A DNA stretch of 64,000 nucleotides, taken from NCBI GenBank assembly GCA_039698055.1, contig JBDKTL010000048.1, positions 47,188-111,187 on the forward strand. Reading direction: 5' to 3'. This DNA is from Methanoregula sp. Its GTDB lineage: Archaea > Halobacteriota > Methanomicrobia > Methanomicrobiales > Methanospirillaceae. Below the pieces are notes generated by a model that did not search any database, was not told the origin of the DNA, and saw only the letters and a list, made by a program, of their open reading frames with translations. How positions within the stretch are numbered: position 1 is the first letter of the stretch; every line of letters starts with the position of its first letter. The translations under genes were made by a program, and so were the position numbers. This document shows positions 1 through 10,277 of the stretch, piece by piece.

Positions 1-319
1 CAGTATTTGTTGGCAGGTATGTCACATTATTCAGGTTAACCTGATGGCTGACATCCTTAAATAAGCCTGATGGAATGAATGTCTTGATAGTGATTGTACC
101 ACCACTGATGGGATCACCACCGTTGTGATCAATATAGATTGATTCATCATTGTGCGCTTCCAGACCGATGTTTATCTGAGGTGTTTTTGATGTTGTCTGC
201 GCCATTCCTCCGGAAAACGCACTTACAACCGCAGCGATGATGATGGTCACAACGAGCATCAGCATCACGCCAACAACAGGTGACACAGCCATTTCATGGG
301 TATCGTTTTTTTGCATCAT
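1..319 (-). CDS. Archaeal type IV pilin (DUF1628-like), runs off left edge
   Basis: Manual translation MMQKNDTHEMAVSPVVGVMLMLVVTIIIAAVVSAFSGG...; class III signal peptide nearly identical to the neighbouring pilin; ATG overlaps its TAA stop. Confidence 0.85.
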   Translation of the reverse strand, partial: MMQKNDTHEMAVSPVVGVMLMLVVTIIIAAVVSAFSGGMAQTTSKTPQINIGLEAHNDESIYIDHNGGDPISGGTITIKTFIPSGLFKDVSHQVNLNNVTYLPTNT

Positions 320-1086
320 TACATCTCCACAAGAATATCTTTACTGTAAATGGTTGAGCCGGATTTCAAATCGATCAGCTTGACATTAACAATGTCATTG
401 GCCGTGAGCAGGTTTCCGTCTTTTATAATCGGCGTAGCTCTGTTCTGGGCATCTCCCGTGCCTGCTACCGTGTTATCATTGTCTGCCTTGATGGAGTCAC
501 CCGGACGCAGGACATAATTTCCAAACCAGAGACTGGTCTCTTCACCAGCATTATCCGCAGGCATGTCTCCTGCAACCATGAGATACGGTGCATTGTAGTA
601 AATTTCTCCGCCAGGTGAATCATACCCGTCAACAGCTAAAGTTTTAGGTGTCGCAATATAGTGGGTATTGAGTGAAGAGAGCACATAGTGTGCTGTAGCA
701 GTTGTGCCATCAGACTTGTCATAATATAATTCGGTTCCGGTGCCATTGTACTTCGGAGCGGTTGTCGATTGAATATGATATTCCCCGGTAGCATTTGCCC
801 AGCTTGTTACCAGTTTTACATCTTTTGTATTGATGGGGTCACCACCCAGATGTTTCATCGTAAACTGCGGGCCTGAGGTTCCCGTATACATCGCATCACC
901 CCAGGTAATATGACAATCCAACGAAGCCTGCGGCGCTTTTTCCTTACCAGCGGCTAGTCCACCGGAGAATGCACTGACTACCGCCGCAATAATAATCGTC
1001 ACAACAAGCATCAGCATCACACCGACCACCGGTGAAACTGCATATTCCTGTACGTTTCTCTTAGTGTGTTTCATTTTCATCTCCAA
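319..1086 (-). CDS. Archaeal type IV pilin (DUF1628 family)
   Basis: AVSPVVGVMLMLVVTIIIAAVVSAF class III signal peptide followed by hydrophobic helix; HLGGDPI motif. Confidence 0.9.
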   Translation of the reverse strand: MEMKMKHTKRNVQEYAVSPVVGVMLMLVVTIIIAAVVSAFSGGLAAGKEKAPQASLDCHITWGDAMYTGTSGPQFTMKHLGGDPINTKDVKLVTSWANATGEYHIQSTTAPKYNGTGTELYYDKSDGTTATAHYVLSSLNTHYIATPKTLAVDGYDSPGGEIYYNAPYLMVAGDMPADNAGEETSLWFGNYVLRPGDSIKADNDNTVAGTGDAQNRATPIIKDGNLLTANDIVNVKLIDLKSGSTIYSKDILVEM

Positions 1087-1290
1087 ATCCTTGCCATCAT
1101 GCGATGGGTAAAGACACCCGTGAAAGTATCAGTAACCACATGGTCCACCCGTAGATGACACGATCAACTCAGGTTGAATTAAAACTATTTAAATTGATCA
1201 TTTTTAATTGAATTAAAACAAATAGACTTTTGTCGATGCAGGTAGCATACACTGGTTATCGTCGAATCATCAGAATCATGGGGTACCACT

Positions 1291-2118
1291 ATGCCAATTA
1301 ATTATGAACGCAAACAAAAACCGGAAAACGGCCAAGAAAAAGCCATATACATTTTTTTCCTCATATCTCTGGTATTCATCTCAGTTGGTGCCTCCGGTTG
1401 CATCAAACTCATGCAGCAATCTTCCGGAAGCGGCAACACCCAGACTCTTGAGGTTCTGAACCCGGATCCCACAAAAACCATTCCCACTACAGCCCCCGTC
1501 ATCGCTGCACGGGAAAATCTCCCCACTCACCCAATCCTTTCCGCCACCACCACAACACCCAACCTGGTTACGGACGCCCCACCCATCCTCCCCCCGGATC
1601 TCTATCCCATTCAACATGGAACACGGATCAATACAACACCGGAAAGTAATCTGCTTGACAGGCCCCCTGAATTCACCAGAACATATACCCTCAACGATAA
1701 TGCCACAGGTATGATCGTGAACGTGGCAAAAGGCCCCCTTATCATTTCATTCGATGTCAATCCTTTGTATGACTGTATCGAAAACCCGGACTCCTGCCGG
1801 GGAACTCTGGCAAGATCAGTCAACCTCCCATGGATGACAATTACCGTACGGGATAACCAGACACGCGGGATCGTCGCGGAGGAGGGATATGCACGGGAAT
1901 ACAGCTCGCAAAAAAACAATCGCACGATCAAAATATTTGGTGAAGGCCAGTACCACATCACCCTGGCTGGTGCTTATCTCGATGTCACCATCTCCCTTAT
2001 CACCGGCGCCGCACCATCCGTTCCAGATGCGCAATCACCCTCTGCAAGTCCGGCCCATGGTAAGACATTGTCACCAGAATACCTTCGCTATCTCAGGCAG
2101 TCCCGGGGTGGTGTATGA
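1291..2118 (+). CDS. Hypothetical lipoprotein-like exported protein of the pilus operon
   Basis: Hydrophobic N-terminus ending in ASGC lipobox-like motif, Pro/Thr-rich linker; ATGA overlap with the ATPase gene. Confidence 0.7.
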   Translation: MPINYERKQKPENGQEKAIYIFFLISLVFISVGASGCIKLMQQSSGSGNTQTLEVLNPDPTKTIPTTAPVIAARENLPTHPILSATTTTPNLVTDAPPILPPDLYPIQHGTRINTTPESNLLDRPPEFTRTYTLNDNATGMIVNVAKGPLIISFDVNPLYDCIENPDSCRGTLARSVNLPWMTITVRDNQTRGIVAEEGYAREYSSQKNNRTIKIFGEGQYHITLAGAYLDVTISLITGAAPSVPDAQSPSASPAHGKTLSPEYLRYLRQSRGGV

Positions 2119-4031
2119 AAATCCGTAAAAGATGGTCCATGCTTGCCTCAACCATTTCAGCAGGTGTGACCGGGTTATTACCTTCAATGAGTATGGAACG
2201 AAACTTTCCTGCTGATACTGTTACAGAACAGTCAGGAGATAACCAAGCCTATACCCGATATCTCTTTTTTGGGAATCTATCTGCATCAATTCGCCGCCTG
2301 CCCCACACATTGGGTAACCGCACGGATCATGGAGATCTCCTTATCCTCGCGGTATGCCTTATCGCAGTTGTTACCGGTTATGCCGCACTCTTAATCGATT
2401 TCCCACCGGTTGTATTAGGCATCCTCGGTGCGGTCTCGCTCTCTGCACTCGCACTCGTCTCCAGTGCAGTATGGTACCGGTTGCATCATTCCGTTGCAAA
2501 ATCCATGGAACCTGCACTGATGGGAACGATTTCTCCACAGACTCTCAGGCACACCCCCACCCCCGGGAACGTCCCTCATACACATGATATGGATGTACCG
2601 CTCCCGGAAGAGCGGGCGGTTGGAACCCTTGACACCTACTGGATTGAAGCCCCCGATGTCTATATAAAAATTATCCGTAAGGGAAACCAGGGATTTACCT
2701 ACACGGTTGTCGAACCCACGATCACCCGAAGGGAACAGGTCGTGTTGCGGGAAACTTCCATTCACTTGCGTAAAGTGATCGTCTACGACGATCCCGATAA
2801 ACCTCCGGTGCACCAGCTCAGCAAGGAGTCGGTCTATCGCATCATACGTGAATTCCATCCGGATATAACTGACGACCGGCTCGCCATCCTCTCCTATTAC
2901 CTGCGGCGCGATCTCTCGGGGTTTGGCCCGCTCGAAGCCCTCATGCATGATCCGGCTCTTGAAGACATCAGCTGCAACGGAGACAACATGCCGGTCTTTG
3001 TCTTTCACCGGACCTGGGGCAGCCTGCCCACCAGTGTCCTCTTCCGGGAGGGCGAACTCGACCAGTTTGTCCTGAAACTTGCACAGAAAGCCAACAAGCA
3101 GATCTCCCTGACAACCCCGATGGTGGATGCAACCCTCCCGGGAGGCTCACGAGTCCAGGTCACGTACAGCAATGTCGTATCCCTGCGGGGCAGCTCGTTT
3201 ACAATCCGTAAGTTTCGCACCGAGCCGATGACACCGCTTGACCTGATCCGGTTCGGGACGTACAACGCCGAGATTCTCGCGTTCCTCTGGCTGGTTATCG
3301 AGCACCGCAGGAGCCTGATCATTGCCGGGGGTACTGCAAGCGGCAAGACCTCGACAATGAATGCAATCTCGCTTTTCATTCCGCAGAACGCGAAGATCGT
3401 ATCCCTTGAAGATACTCACGAGATCCAACTCCCTCACAGTAACTGGCTTGCCACCCAGACACGGGAACTCAACACGCACGGGGTCCAGGGCGACATCGAT
3501 CTCTTCTCGCTTTTAAAATCCTCCATGCGACAGCGCCCCGAGTACATTATCGTCGGGGAAGTGAGAGGAAAAGAGGCCCAGACGCTCTTCCAGGCAATGA
3601 ACACCGGGCATGCCACCCTGTCCACAATCCACGCGGGCAGCGTGCAGGAAACAATCAACCGGCTCACCCATGAGCCCATCAGTGTGCCCCCGGTCATGTT
3701 TACCGCGCTCGATCTGGTAATCAACCAGTCGATCTCCACGTACGGCAACCGTCGGATACGCCGCTGTCTCGCCATCCATGAAATAACCGTGGATGGGCAA
3801 GGCACCATCATCCCCCATAAATTGTATGAATGGGATGTTCACGGAGATTCTTTCCGGAAAGTGTCTTTGTCCTCCCGGGTGCTCGAAGAAATTGCAACCA
3901 TGCGGGGATGGACACAGGAGCAGGCCAATGAAGCCCTTAAAAAACGTGAGGAGTTCCTGAACATCGCCCTCGATGTTCCCATACCGGACATTCGCGATCT
4001 CGCCAATGCGATCCACGATCTCGGTGAATGA
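2115..4031 (+). CDS. Type II/IV secretion system (pilus assembly) ATPase
   Basis: Walker A GGTASGKT, Asp box SLEDTHE, Walker B YIIVGEVRG, His box TGH...TIHA. Confidence 0.95.
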   Translation: MKIRKRWSMLASTISAGVTGLLPSMSMERNFPADTVTEQSGDNQAYTRYLFFGNLSASIRRLPHTLGNRTDHGDLLILAVCLIAVVTGYAALLIDFPPVVLGILGAVSLSALALVSSAVWYRLHHSVAKSMEPALMGTISPQTLRHTPTPGNVPHTHDMDVPLPEERAVGTLDTYWIEAPDVYIKIIRKGNQGFTYTVVEPTITRREQVVLRETSIHLRKVIVYDDPDKPPVHQLSKESVYRIIREFHPDITDDRLAILSYYLRRDLSGFGPLEALMHDPALEDISCNGDNMPVFVFHRTWGSLPTSVLFREGELDQFVLKLAQKANKQISLTTPMVDATLPGGSRVQVTYSNVVSLRGSSFTIRKFRTEPMTPLDLIRFGTYNAEILAFLWLVIEHRRSLIIAGGTASGKTSTMNAISLFIPQNAKIVSLEDTHEIQLPHSNWLATQTRELNTHGVQGDIDLFSLLKSSMRQRPEYIIVGEVRGKEAQTLFQAMNTGHATLSTIHAGSVQETINRLTHEPISVPPVMFTALDLVINQSISTYGNRRIRRCLAIHEITVDGQGTIIPHKLYEWDVHGDSFRKVSLSSRVLEEIATMRGWTQEQANEALKKREEFLNIALDVPIPDIRDLANAIHDLGE

Positions 4032-4032
4032 T

Positions 4033-5865
4033 ATGACCCTTCATTCCATCCTTAAAAGGACCGGCACGAGGCTTGAAAATTTTGAGATGATCCTCTTGGG
4101 CACGCATCTCAGCCGGGATCTCCAGTCTGCCCACCTGCCGGTTACCGCAGAGCAGTACCTGCGCACAACACGGATCAATCTTGCCGCATCCGCTGCACTA
4201 TTTCTGGGTTTTTTTGCACTGGTATCGTTGACCGGCTTCGACTTTGGACTTTTTATGTTCATCCCACCGCCCCTCTTCTGGATCCTCGTATTTCTCGGCA
4301 TGGTGCCCGGGTTGTACCTGTTCCAGGTGTATTATCCGGTCATTATTGCCCGGGGAAGGAAAACCCGGATCGATCTCGAACTTTCCTATGCAGTCTCGTA
4401 CATGCAGGCACTCTCCACCACGATGTCCCCGTTCGAAGTTATCCGGCGCATCTATGAAGAAAAGGCGATGTTTGGGGAAGTGTCCTGCGAGTTTGGCCAG
4501 ATTGTAAGGGATGTGGAAATATTTGGCGACGATCTGCTCACGGCCTTGCGAAACCTCCAGCAGACCACGCCCTCGCCACTCATGCGGGATTTTCTCAATG
4601 ATTTGGGCATCGTCTTTGAGAGCGGGGGTGACATTACCGCTTACCTTTCGTCAAAAACGGATTACTTCCATGAACAGGCACGGCGTGAACTTGACGTGGT
4701 GCTTAAAACGATCGAGATCATGGCCGAGGTGTATGTCTCGGCGTTTGTTGCCGGGCCGATCGCGTTGATCATCATGATTGTTGCACAGGGCATGACCAGC
4801 AAGGGAACGATGGCATGGCTCCTGCCATTCATGTATCTCTGCATACCGGCAGGTGCAATTCTCATGATCTGGATCCTCTCCCTTATGTTACCTTCGGAAA
4901 ACCTTGAGATCAGCAGGCACGGGATCAGGGAGTTTGATTCCAGTTCAGGTGTTCCCATACTGGCGGGTAATACCCCGGGCGATCGTGAGTTCTACCAGCA
5001 TATCGAAGCAAAGAAAAAACGGTTCCGGATATACGACCAGCTGCGTCACCCTTTCCGTACTTATATTTCCCATTACACGTACGGGATAATCGCCGGCAGT
5101 ACCTGTGCCGGGTTGTTCGCGGTTCTTCTCCTCACCGGTTCACTTGAAAAACTGTTCCCGAAAACTGCGTTCGAGGCGAGTGTCTGCATGCTCGTCATCG
5201 GCTTTGTGGCACCAATTTCGCTCGCGTATGAAGGGCGCCGGTGGTATGTCAATAATATCGAGGAGCATATTCCGGAATTCCTGCGGGAACTCTCCGATAT
5301 GAAAGAGATCGGGCTTACACTCCCGGATGCCATCCAGCGGATTTCATCTGCCAAACTGGGTCTTTTGAGCTTGGAACTCTCGCACGTATCCCGGGATGTC
5401 GGTACCGGTGCCTATGTGAATTTCGCCCTTATCCGGATGGAAGAACGCATCGGGCTTATATCGGTCAAACGGGCGATCTCGCTGCTGGTCAAGGCAAGCG
5501 AGATCACCTCCAACCTGAGCCAGATACTCCTGATTGCCATTGCAGACTTTGAACACTACCTCCGGATGAAGCGCGAACGGTCCAATACGGCAATCGTCTA
5601 TGTCATGATCATTTACCTGTCTTTTGGCATTTACCTCTATACGGCGTACCAGCTCAACGGACCCTTCATGTCGAGCTTCCTGACGTACAATATCAATTTC
5701 AATCCTGCCCAGAACGTTACCGATATGTTCAGGATCGGCATCATCCTTGGCCTGTTCTCCGGTATCATGGCCGGACAGTTCAGTTCGAACAGCATTCTTG
5801 CCGGGTTCAAGCACAGTATTGTCCTGCTCGCAGCGGCGGTAGCGATGTTTGTATTTATCATCTGA
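4033..5865 (+). CDS. Type II secretion system F family (TadC/ArlJ-like) membrane platform protein
   Basis: Two T2SSF-like repeats (FGEVSCEFGQIVRDVEIFG; IPEFLRELSDM), multiple TM helices, follows the ATPase. Confidence 0.92.
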   Translation: MTLHSILKRTGTRLENFEMILLGTHLSRDLQSAHLPVTAEQYLRTTRINLAASAALFLGFFALVSLTGFDFGLFMFIPPPLFWILVFLGMVPGLYLFQVYYPVIIARGRKTRIDLELSYAVSYMQALSTTMSPFEVIRRIYEEKAMFGEVSCEFGQIVRDVEIFGDDLLTALRNLQQTTPSPLMRDFLNDLGIVFESGGDITAYLSSKTDYFHEQARRELDVVLKTIEIMAEVYVSAFVAGPIALIIMIVAQGMTSKGTMAWLLPFMYLCIPAGAILMIWILSLMLPSENLEISRHGIREFDSSSGVPILAGNTPGDREFYQHIEAKKKRFRIYDQLRHPFRTYISHYTYGIIAGSTCAGLFAVLLLTGSLEKLFPKTAFEASVCMLVIGFVAPISLAYEGRRWYVNNIEEHIPEFLRELSDMKEIGLTLPDAIQRISSAKLGLLSLELSHVSRDVGTGAYVNFALIRMEERIGLISVKRAISLLVKASEITSNLSQILLIAIADFEHYLRMKRERSNTAIVYVMIIYLSFGIYLYTAYQLNGPFMSSFLTYNINFNPAQNVTDMFRIGIILGLFSGIMAGQFSSNSILAGFKHSIVLLAAAVAMFVFII

Positions 5866-5878
5866 TTGAGAGGGACCC

Positions 5879-6313
5879 ATGCACACAAACGGCAATAACG
5901 GCACCGCAGTTTCTGAAGTGGTCGGGGAAATGCTCATGATCGGGATTGTGCTCATCCTCGTTTCCGTCTTTTCCGCATCGCTCCCCAATTACCTCCCCTC
6001 AGAGCGCAGCCCGACGGTTACCATCATGATGAGCAACGATACCGGGGGAAATATAACTCTCTGGCATAAAGGTGGGGACTGGGTAAAGACCGATATACTG
6101 AAGATCATTGTCTCGGACAAAAACGATCATATGACAACCTATACGCTGAAGAGTACCCCCCCATTCATTCCTGTACCCGGCACCCGGGCGTTTGACCTCG
6201 ATGGAAACCTTACTATAATCCCGGGGTATCCATTGGATGGTAACGAGAGCGTTGTCCTTGCCACCGATCGTGCAGTCATCTTCTCCGGTACCGTGGGGCG
6301 CGGGTCACCATGA
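5879..6313 (+). CDS. Type IV pilin-like protein
   Basis: AVSEVVGEMLMIGIVLILV signal, LWHKGGD motif. Confidence 0.85.
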   Translation: MHTNGNNGTAVSEVVGEMLMIGIVLILVSVFSASLPNYLPSERSPTVTIMMSNDTGGNITLWHKGGDWVKTDILKIIVSDKNDHMTTYTLKSTPPFIPVPGTRAFDLDGNLTIIPGYPLDGNESVVLATDRAVIFSGTVGRGSP

Positions 6314-7275
6314 AGGACGACGCGGTAGCACCGGTGATTGCCGTGATGCTGATCCTTGCGGCCATTGTCACATTCCTGTCGGTCTGGAACGCGGTTTATA
6401 TCCCGTCCATGAAACAATCGGCCGAAGTCGGACACCTCCAGAATGTGGAATCTGCGTTTCTGCACTTCTCATCGGATATCAGGAGGGCCACATCGACACG
6501 GGAGGATTTCCTGACCTTAAGCGAACCAGTACAGCTGGGGGGAGGGGATTTCTTCTTCAATACACTCAGATCCGGCGGATCGATATCAATCCAGGACGAG
6601 CAGAAACCGATCTATTACATGTGGCTTGACGATGACTATGAACCCGACGCGGTTGGCACCCTGGTAAATATTTCGTACGAACCACAGGGAAATTTCTGGC
6701 AGGACCAGGGATACCGCTGGCAGTACGGTTACCTCAATGTGACCAAACGCAGCACCCTCCAGTCTCCGCTAAACTATTACAACATGACCAATGTGAACAG
6801 CGAGTTCATGGGTACGGGTTCGCTTGCGACATTTGCCGGCTCTTTTGGGGATGTAGAGTATACCCTTAACCAGACACTCTTTTTGGACACCGATTCCAAC
6901 GGGACTGTTGTTTCCTATTCCCCGCGGGAAGGCAACTGTTCCGGTATCAATCTCTGGGTGACAAATCTATCGGCTTCACCCGATCACCAGTTTGTCAGCA
7001 GCAATGGTTTTGGGACGCTTGAACTGAAGTCAACGGTAACTTCTGTTCCGTATTATGGGGTTTTGAATATCACGATTGGTTCTGACCAGGAACCCTTCGG
7101 GAATGCGACGTTCAGGAACTGGAATTCAGGTTTCACTGCGCTTGCCGGAGCATGTCCAAGCAATATACATCTGGCAGATTCTCAGGACGGTTATATATCC
7201 TACACCGTATTACAGCAGGTCAGCCCGGTCAATGTCACGCTTAATGTGGCAAATATTATAATCGGGGCGTACTGA
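6310..7275 (+). CDS. Pilin-like protein with class III signal peptide
   Basis: MKDDAVAPVIAVMLILAAIV N-terminus; many N-x-S/T sequons; ATGA coupling. Confidence 0.8.
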   Translation: MKDDAVAPVIAVMLILAAIVTFLSVWNAVYIPSMKQSAEVGHLQNVESAFLHFSSDIRRATSTREDFLTLSEPVQLGGGDFFFNTLRSGGSISIQDEQKPIYYMWLDDDYEPDAVGTLVNISYEPQGNFWQDQGYRWQYGYLNVTKRSTLQSPLNYYNMTNVNSEFMGTGSLATFAGSFGDVEYTLNQTLFLDTDSNGTVVSYSPREGNCSGINLWVTNLSASPDHQFVSSNGFGTLELKSTVTSVPYYGVLNITIGSDQEPFGNATFRNWNSGFTALAGACPSNIHLADSQDGYISYTVLQQVSPVNVTLNVANIIIGAY

Positions 7276-7396
7276 CGTACGACCCGGCACCTAAAAAAGA
7301 GAGTTTCACTTCAGCGATACAGTTGTGGTGGCCGTGATGCCGGTATCCTATAAGTACAGGACGGTTCAATAAAAAATCAGACAGGAGTGAGAAGAG

Positions 7397-7969
7397 ATGC
7401 GCAAAGTTTTATTGATGAATGGAAGCCCGAGGCCTGATGGGAACACGGCATTCGCATTAAAAGAATGTGCCAAAGCCATCGAGGCTGCCGGTGTTGAGAC
7501 AGAGACCATATCGCTTGCCGGAAAAAATATCCAGTCCTGTACTGCCTGCATGAGCTGCTTTGAGAATAAAAAATGCGCCATTGACGACGGGCTCAACGAA
7601 ATCATCGACCAGATCAAAGAATCGGACGGTTTTATTGTGGGTGCACCGGTCTATTTTGGGACCCCCCGGGGAGATGTATTGTCGGCGCTCCAGCGGATCG
7701 GCTATGTCTCTCTTGCATCGGGAGGATTTTTATCCCGCAAGGTGGGCGGCCCGGTTTCCCTTGCGGCTAATGAGGGTATTCTGGCATCCAACCAGGACAT
7801 GCTGGTCTTTTTCCTGGCAAACGACATGATTGTCCCGGGAACCGACCTGATGTGCGGGGCAAAAGGGCAGAAGCCGGGCGACGTCGCCCATGACGAACGG
7901 GGGCTTGCGAATATCCGGAAGTTTGGCGATAACGTCGCGTTCCTCATCAACCTGTTGGGGAAGAACTAA
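7397..7969 (+). CDS. Iron-sulfur flavoprotein (Isf)/flavodoxin family
   Basis: NGSPRPDGNT FMN loop, CTACMSCFENKKC (Cx2Cx2Cx5C), APVYFG. Confidence 0.9.
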   Translation: MRKVLLMNGSPRPDGNTAFALKECAKAIEAAGVETETISLAGKNIQSCTACMSCFENKKCAIDDGLNEIIDQIKESDGFIVGAPVYFGTPRGDVLSALQRIGYVSLASGGFLSRKVGGPVSLAANEGILASNQDMLVFFLANDMIVPGTDLMCGAKGQKPGDVAHDERGLANIRKFGDNVAFLINLLGKN

Positions 7970-8029
7970 AAAACCAATAATCTCTTTTGAGGATTTATTG
8001 TTTTTAAAAAATGATGGGAATGAAATCTC

Positions 8030-8216
8030 TCACACCCCCATCCCCGTAATAATACCCACCACCTGCTGCACCGTCACCAGATCCACCACCCGGGCCAGCA
8101 CGACGACCAAGCTCCGGAACACCTTCTTCACCTGCTCGTTCTTCCAGAGCGCGGTAAGGATCGCATCTGTGTCCGCCTTCATTGCCCGCTGGATCAATTT
8201 GGGCAGGAATAAAAAT
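8030..8216 (-). pseudogene. 3' fragment paralogous to the membrane protein at 22311-22895
   Basis: Translates FLFLPKLIQRAMKADTDAILTALWKNEQVKKVFRSLVVVLARVVDLVTVQQVVGIITGMGV*, matching the C-terminus FVFLPKLIQRAMKADVNE...VVLARVVDPVTAQQIVGAVMGMGV*; no recognisable N-terminal part. Confidence 0.8.
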
Positions 8217-9135
8217 GATCAACCGGCTGGGATATTCCCCCATTTCCGCATCAATTGAATCCGGACTGTAGTTCAGGAATATTCGGATCGCCACCCGAAT
8301 CCTCATTCTCTTCGGCCATCCTTGATCATGACCTAACAAGAGAGAAGTGTATGGCAGACCATGAAAGAAACGCACCACACACATGGATCTGCAGGAAACA
8401 ATGTCATGAACATACTATCAAGCGAGATATTCGGGACCAGAAGTTCCATCAGGGGCTTTTGGTCCCCCGCCAGCAACCCTCCTGACGAGCCGTGTCGCAG
8501 CTACAGGCACGGTTCATGGAAGAATAACAGAAATATCAGGGGAGGTGAACCGGGAAACCCGCTGCCATGCAAAAAAAGTGAATTATCCTCACTAACCTCA
8601 TAGGAACAGGCGTCATGCCACACACCGTCTGCTCATATGCAATCTCATTTCAATTTCGCAGCGGGAACGCTAACCACGCTGCGATCAGAACTTTCGACAC
8701 CAAAAACACATTTTTATTGTCTTTTAACCTGGGGTACTCTGTTTCATCATGCTACCATAATGCCATGTCCCCGAGAGATAACCAGGCTTACCCGGTCACA
8801 CCAGACCCCGTTACATCCCCTTGGCAGGGATTTTTTAACGGGATCGCAGATCGGAGAGCGAATTACACGGATCAAGGAACATAAAAACACTTAAACCCCA
8901 ATCCTGGACCAGCACTGCAGTACCGATCTCACCGGCATATGCAGGGTCAGTTCGGTATTACGGGGTGTCTCTCCATGTTACGCAATCTTCATTCTTGAAA
9001 TAATAGGATTTGCGCACCCATCCACGGTATTATCTGGTAGTTATCAGGGTAGTCCTCACCAGATTCGGTTTTCCAGCGAATTAAAAACGGTTATGGCAGC
9101 CAGACACACTAACAGACGGCTACCATGATTCTTAT

Positions 9136-9579
9136 TTAATTCGCCCTGGCTTTTCTGATACGGGAATACGCATCAAACGAATTAATCTCTGTGGAGATCT
9201 GGGGATGTTCTTTGATGAACAAGAGAAACATCCGGAACTGTTCGATGGTCTCCGGGTGGAGCTCGTGCTCCATCATACAGGCATCCTTCTCCGCGATATC
9301 ATGAGATACATTCATGATCTCAAGAAATGATCGGAGCGTGACATGGCGATCCCGGATAACTTCGGCGATCTTGCGCCCCTCCGGAGTCAGCGTAACCCCT
9401 TCGTACTTCCGGTACGTGATCATCCCCATCTTAGCGAGTTTCTGGACCATTTCGACAACTGTGGGGGGCTGGATGCAGAGTTCCCGTGCAATATCCTTGG
9501 TGCGTGCATACCCCTTCTCAAGCGAGGCGTTCAAGATCGCTTCCAGGTAATCCTCCGCTTTCCGGCTGAGTGCATGCAT
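9136..9579 (-). CDS. DtxR/MntR family metal-dependent transcriptional regulator
   Basis: EDYLEAI, PPTVVEMVQKL HTH, DACMMEHEL metal site; divergent from feo. Confidence 0.93.
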   Translation of the reverse strand: MHALSRKAEDYLEAILNASLEKGYARTKDIARELCIQPPTVVEMVQKLAKMGMITYRKYEGVTLTPEGRKIAEVIRDRHVTLRSFLEIMNVSHDIAEKDACMMEHELHPETIEQFRMFLLFIKEHPQISTEINSFDAYSRIRKARAN

Positions 9580-9607
9580 GATCGATCTTGGTTCCTGGGG
9601 ATATATA

Positions 9608-9627
9608 AATTTAGTACAACCTAAATT
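9608..9627. promoter_or_regulatory. Candidate DtxR-type operator
   Basis: Palindrome AATTTAG-N6-CTAAATT next to a TATA-like tract between dtxR and feoA. Confidence 0.6.
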
Positions 9628-9747
9628 CAGTTGTCCGCGCTGGAATTTTGGATCAGAGCGAATATCCTAATATTTTTTGATGACTTGCCAGATACCCGAA
9701 CATTGTTCGGGCACCCGTTATCTCACCCGAATATCTGATATTCCTGC

Positions 9748-10029
9748 ATGGAAATAACAGAATCAAAACCGGAAGGTGTTTCCTTAAGCGGGGATATTAC
9801 CACGCTCGACCGGATAGCACCCCCGGACACCTGCCGCGTGGTCATGGTGCCGGCCCGCGGCCCGGTCCGCCAGCGGCTGCTGGCTCTCGGCTTTGTCCCG
9901 GGTGCAATCATTGAAGCAGTACGGGCAGCCCCGCTTGGCGACCCGATCGAATACAAGGTGAAAGGTGCCTGCATCTCGCTCAGGAAAGAGGATGCACGAC
10001 TCATCTCCGTGATCCCCGGGGGTGCATGA
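9748..10029 (+). CDS. feoA: Ferrous iron transport protein A
   Basis: RQRLLALGFVPG...APLGDPIEYKVKG..ISLRKEDA. Confidence 0.92.
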   Translation: MEITESKPEGVSLSGDITTLDRIAPPDTCRVVMVPARGPVRQRLLALGFVPGAIIEAVRAAPLGDPIEYKVKGACISLRKEDARLISVIPGGA

Positions 10030-10277
10030 TGACACAGACCATCCCCCTCTCATTCCTCACACCCGGGACAGAAGCCACGGTTGCCGATGTCCGGGCAGGC
10101 TGCGGCATGCTTCGCCGGCTCGCGGCCATGGGCATTCACCCCGAGAGCCGGGTGACCGTGATCTGTTCCGACCGGGGTTCGCTGATCGTATCGGTTGCCG
10201 GAACACGGTATGCCCTCTCAAGAGGTATGGCCATGAAGATCCTCGTCGGCACAGCGGCCGGAATGGGGGCAGTATGA
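10026..10277 (+). CDS. feoA: Ferrous iron transport protein A (second copy)
   Basis: RRLAAMGIHPES...RYALSRGMAMKI; overlaps both neighbours by ATGA. Confidence 0.88.
   Translation: MMTQTIPLSFLTPGTEATVADVRAGCGMLRRLAAMGIHPESRVTVICSDRGSLIVSVAGTRYALSRGMAMKILVGTAAGMGAV

Noticed and set aside
8217-9135. Short ORFs in the 8.2-9.1 kb gap
   Set aside because: Overlapping ORFs in conflicting frames with no motifs; appears to be decayed non-coding DNA.
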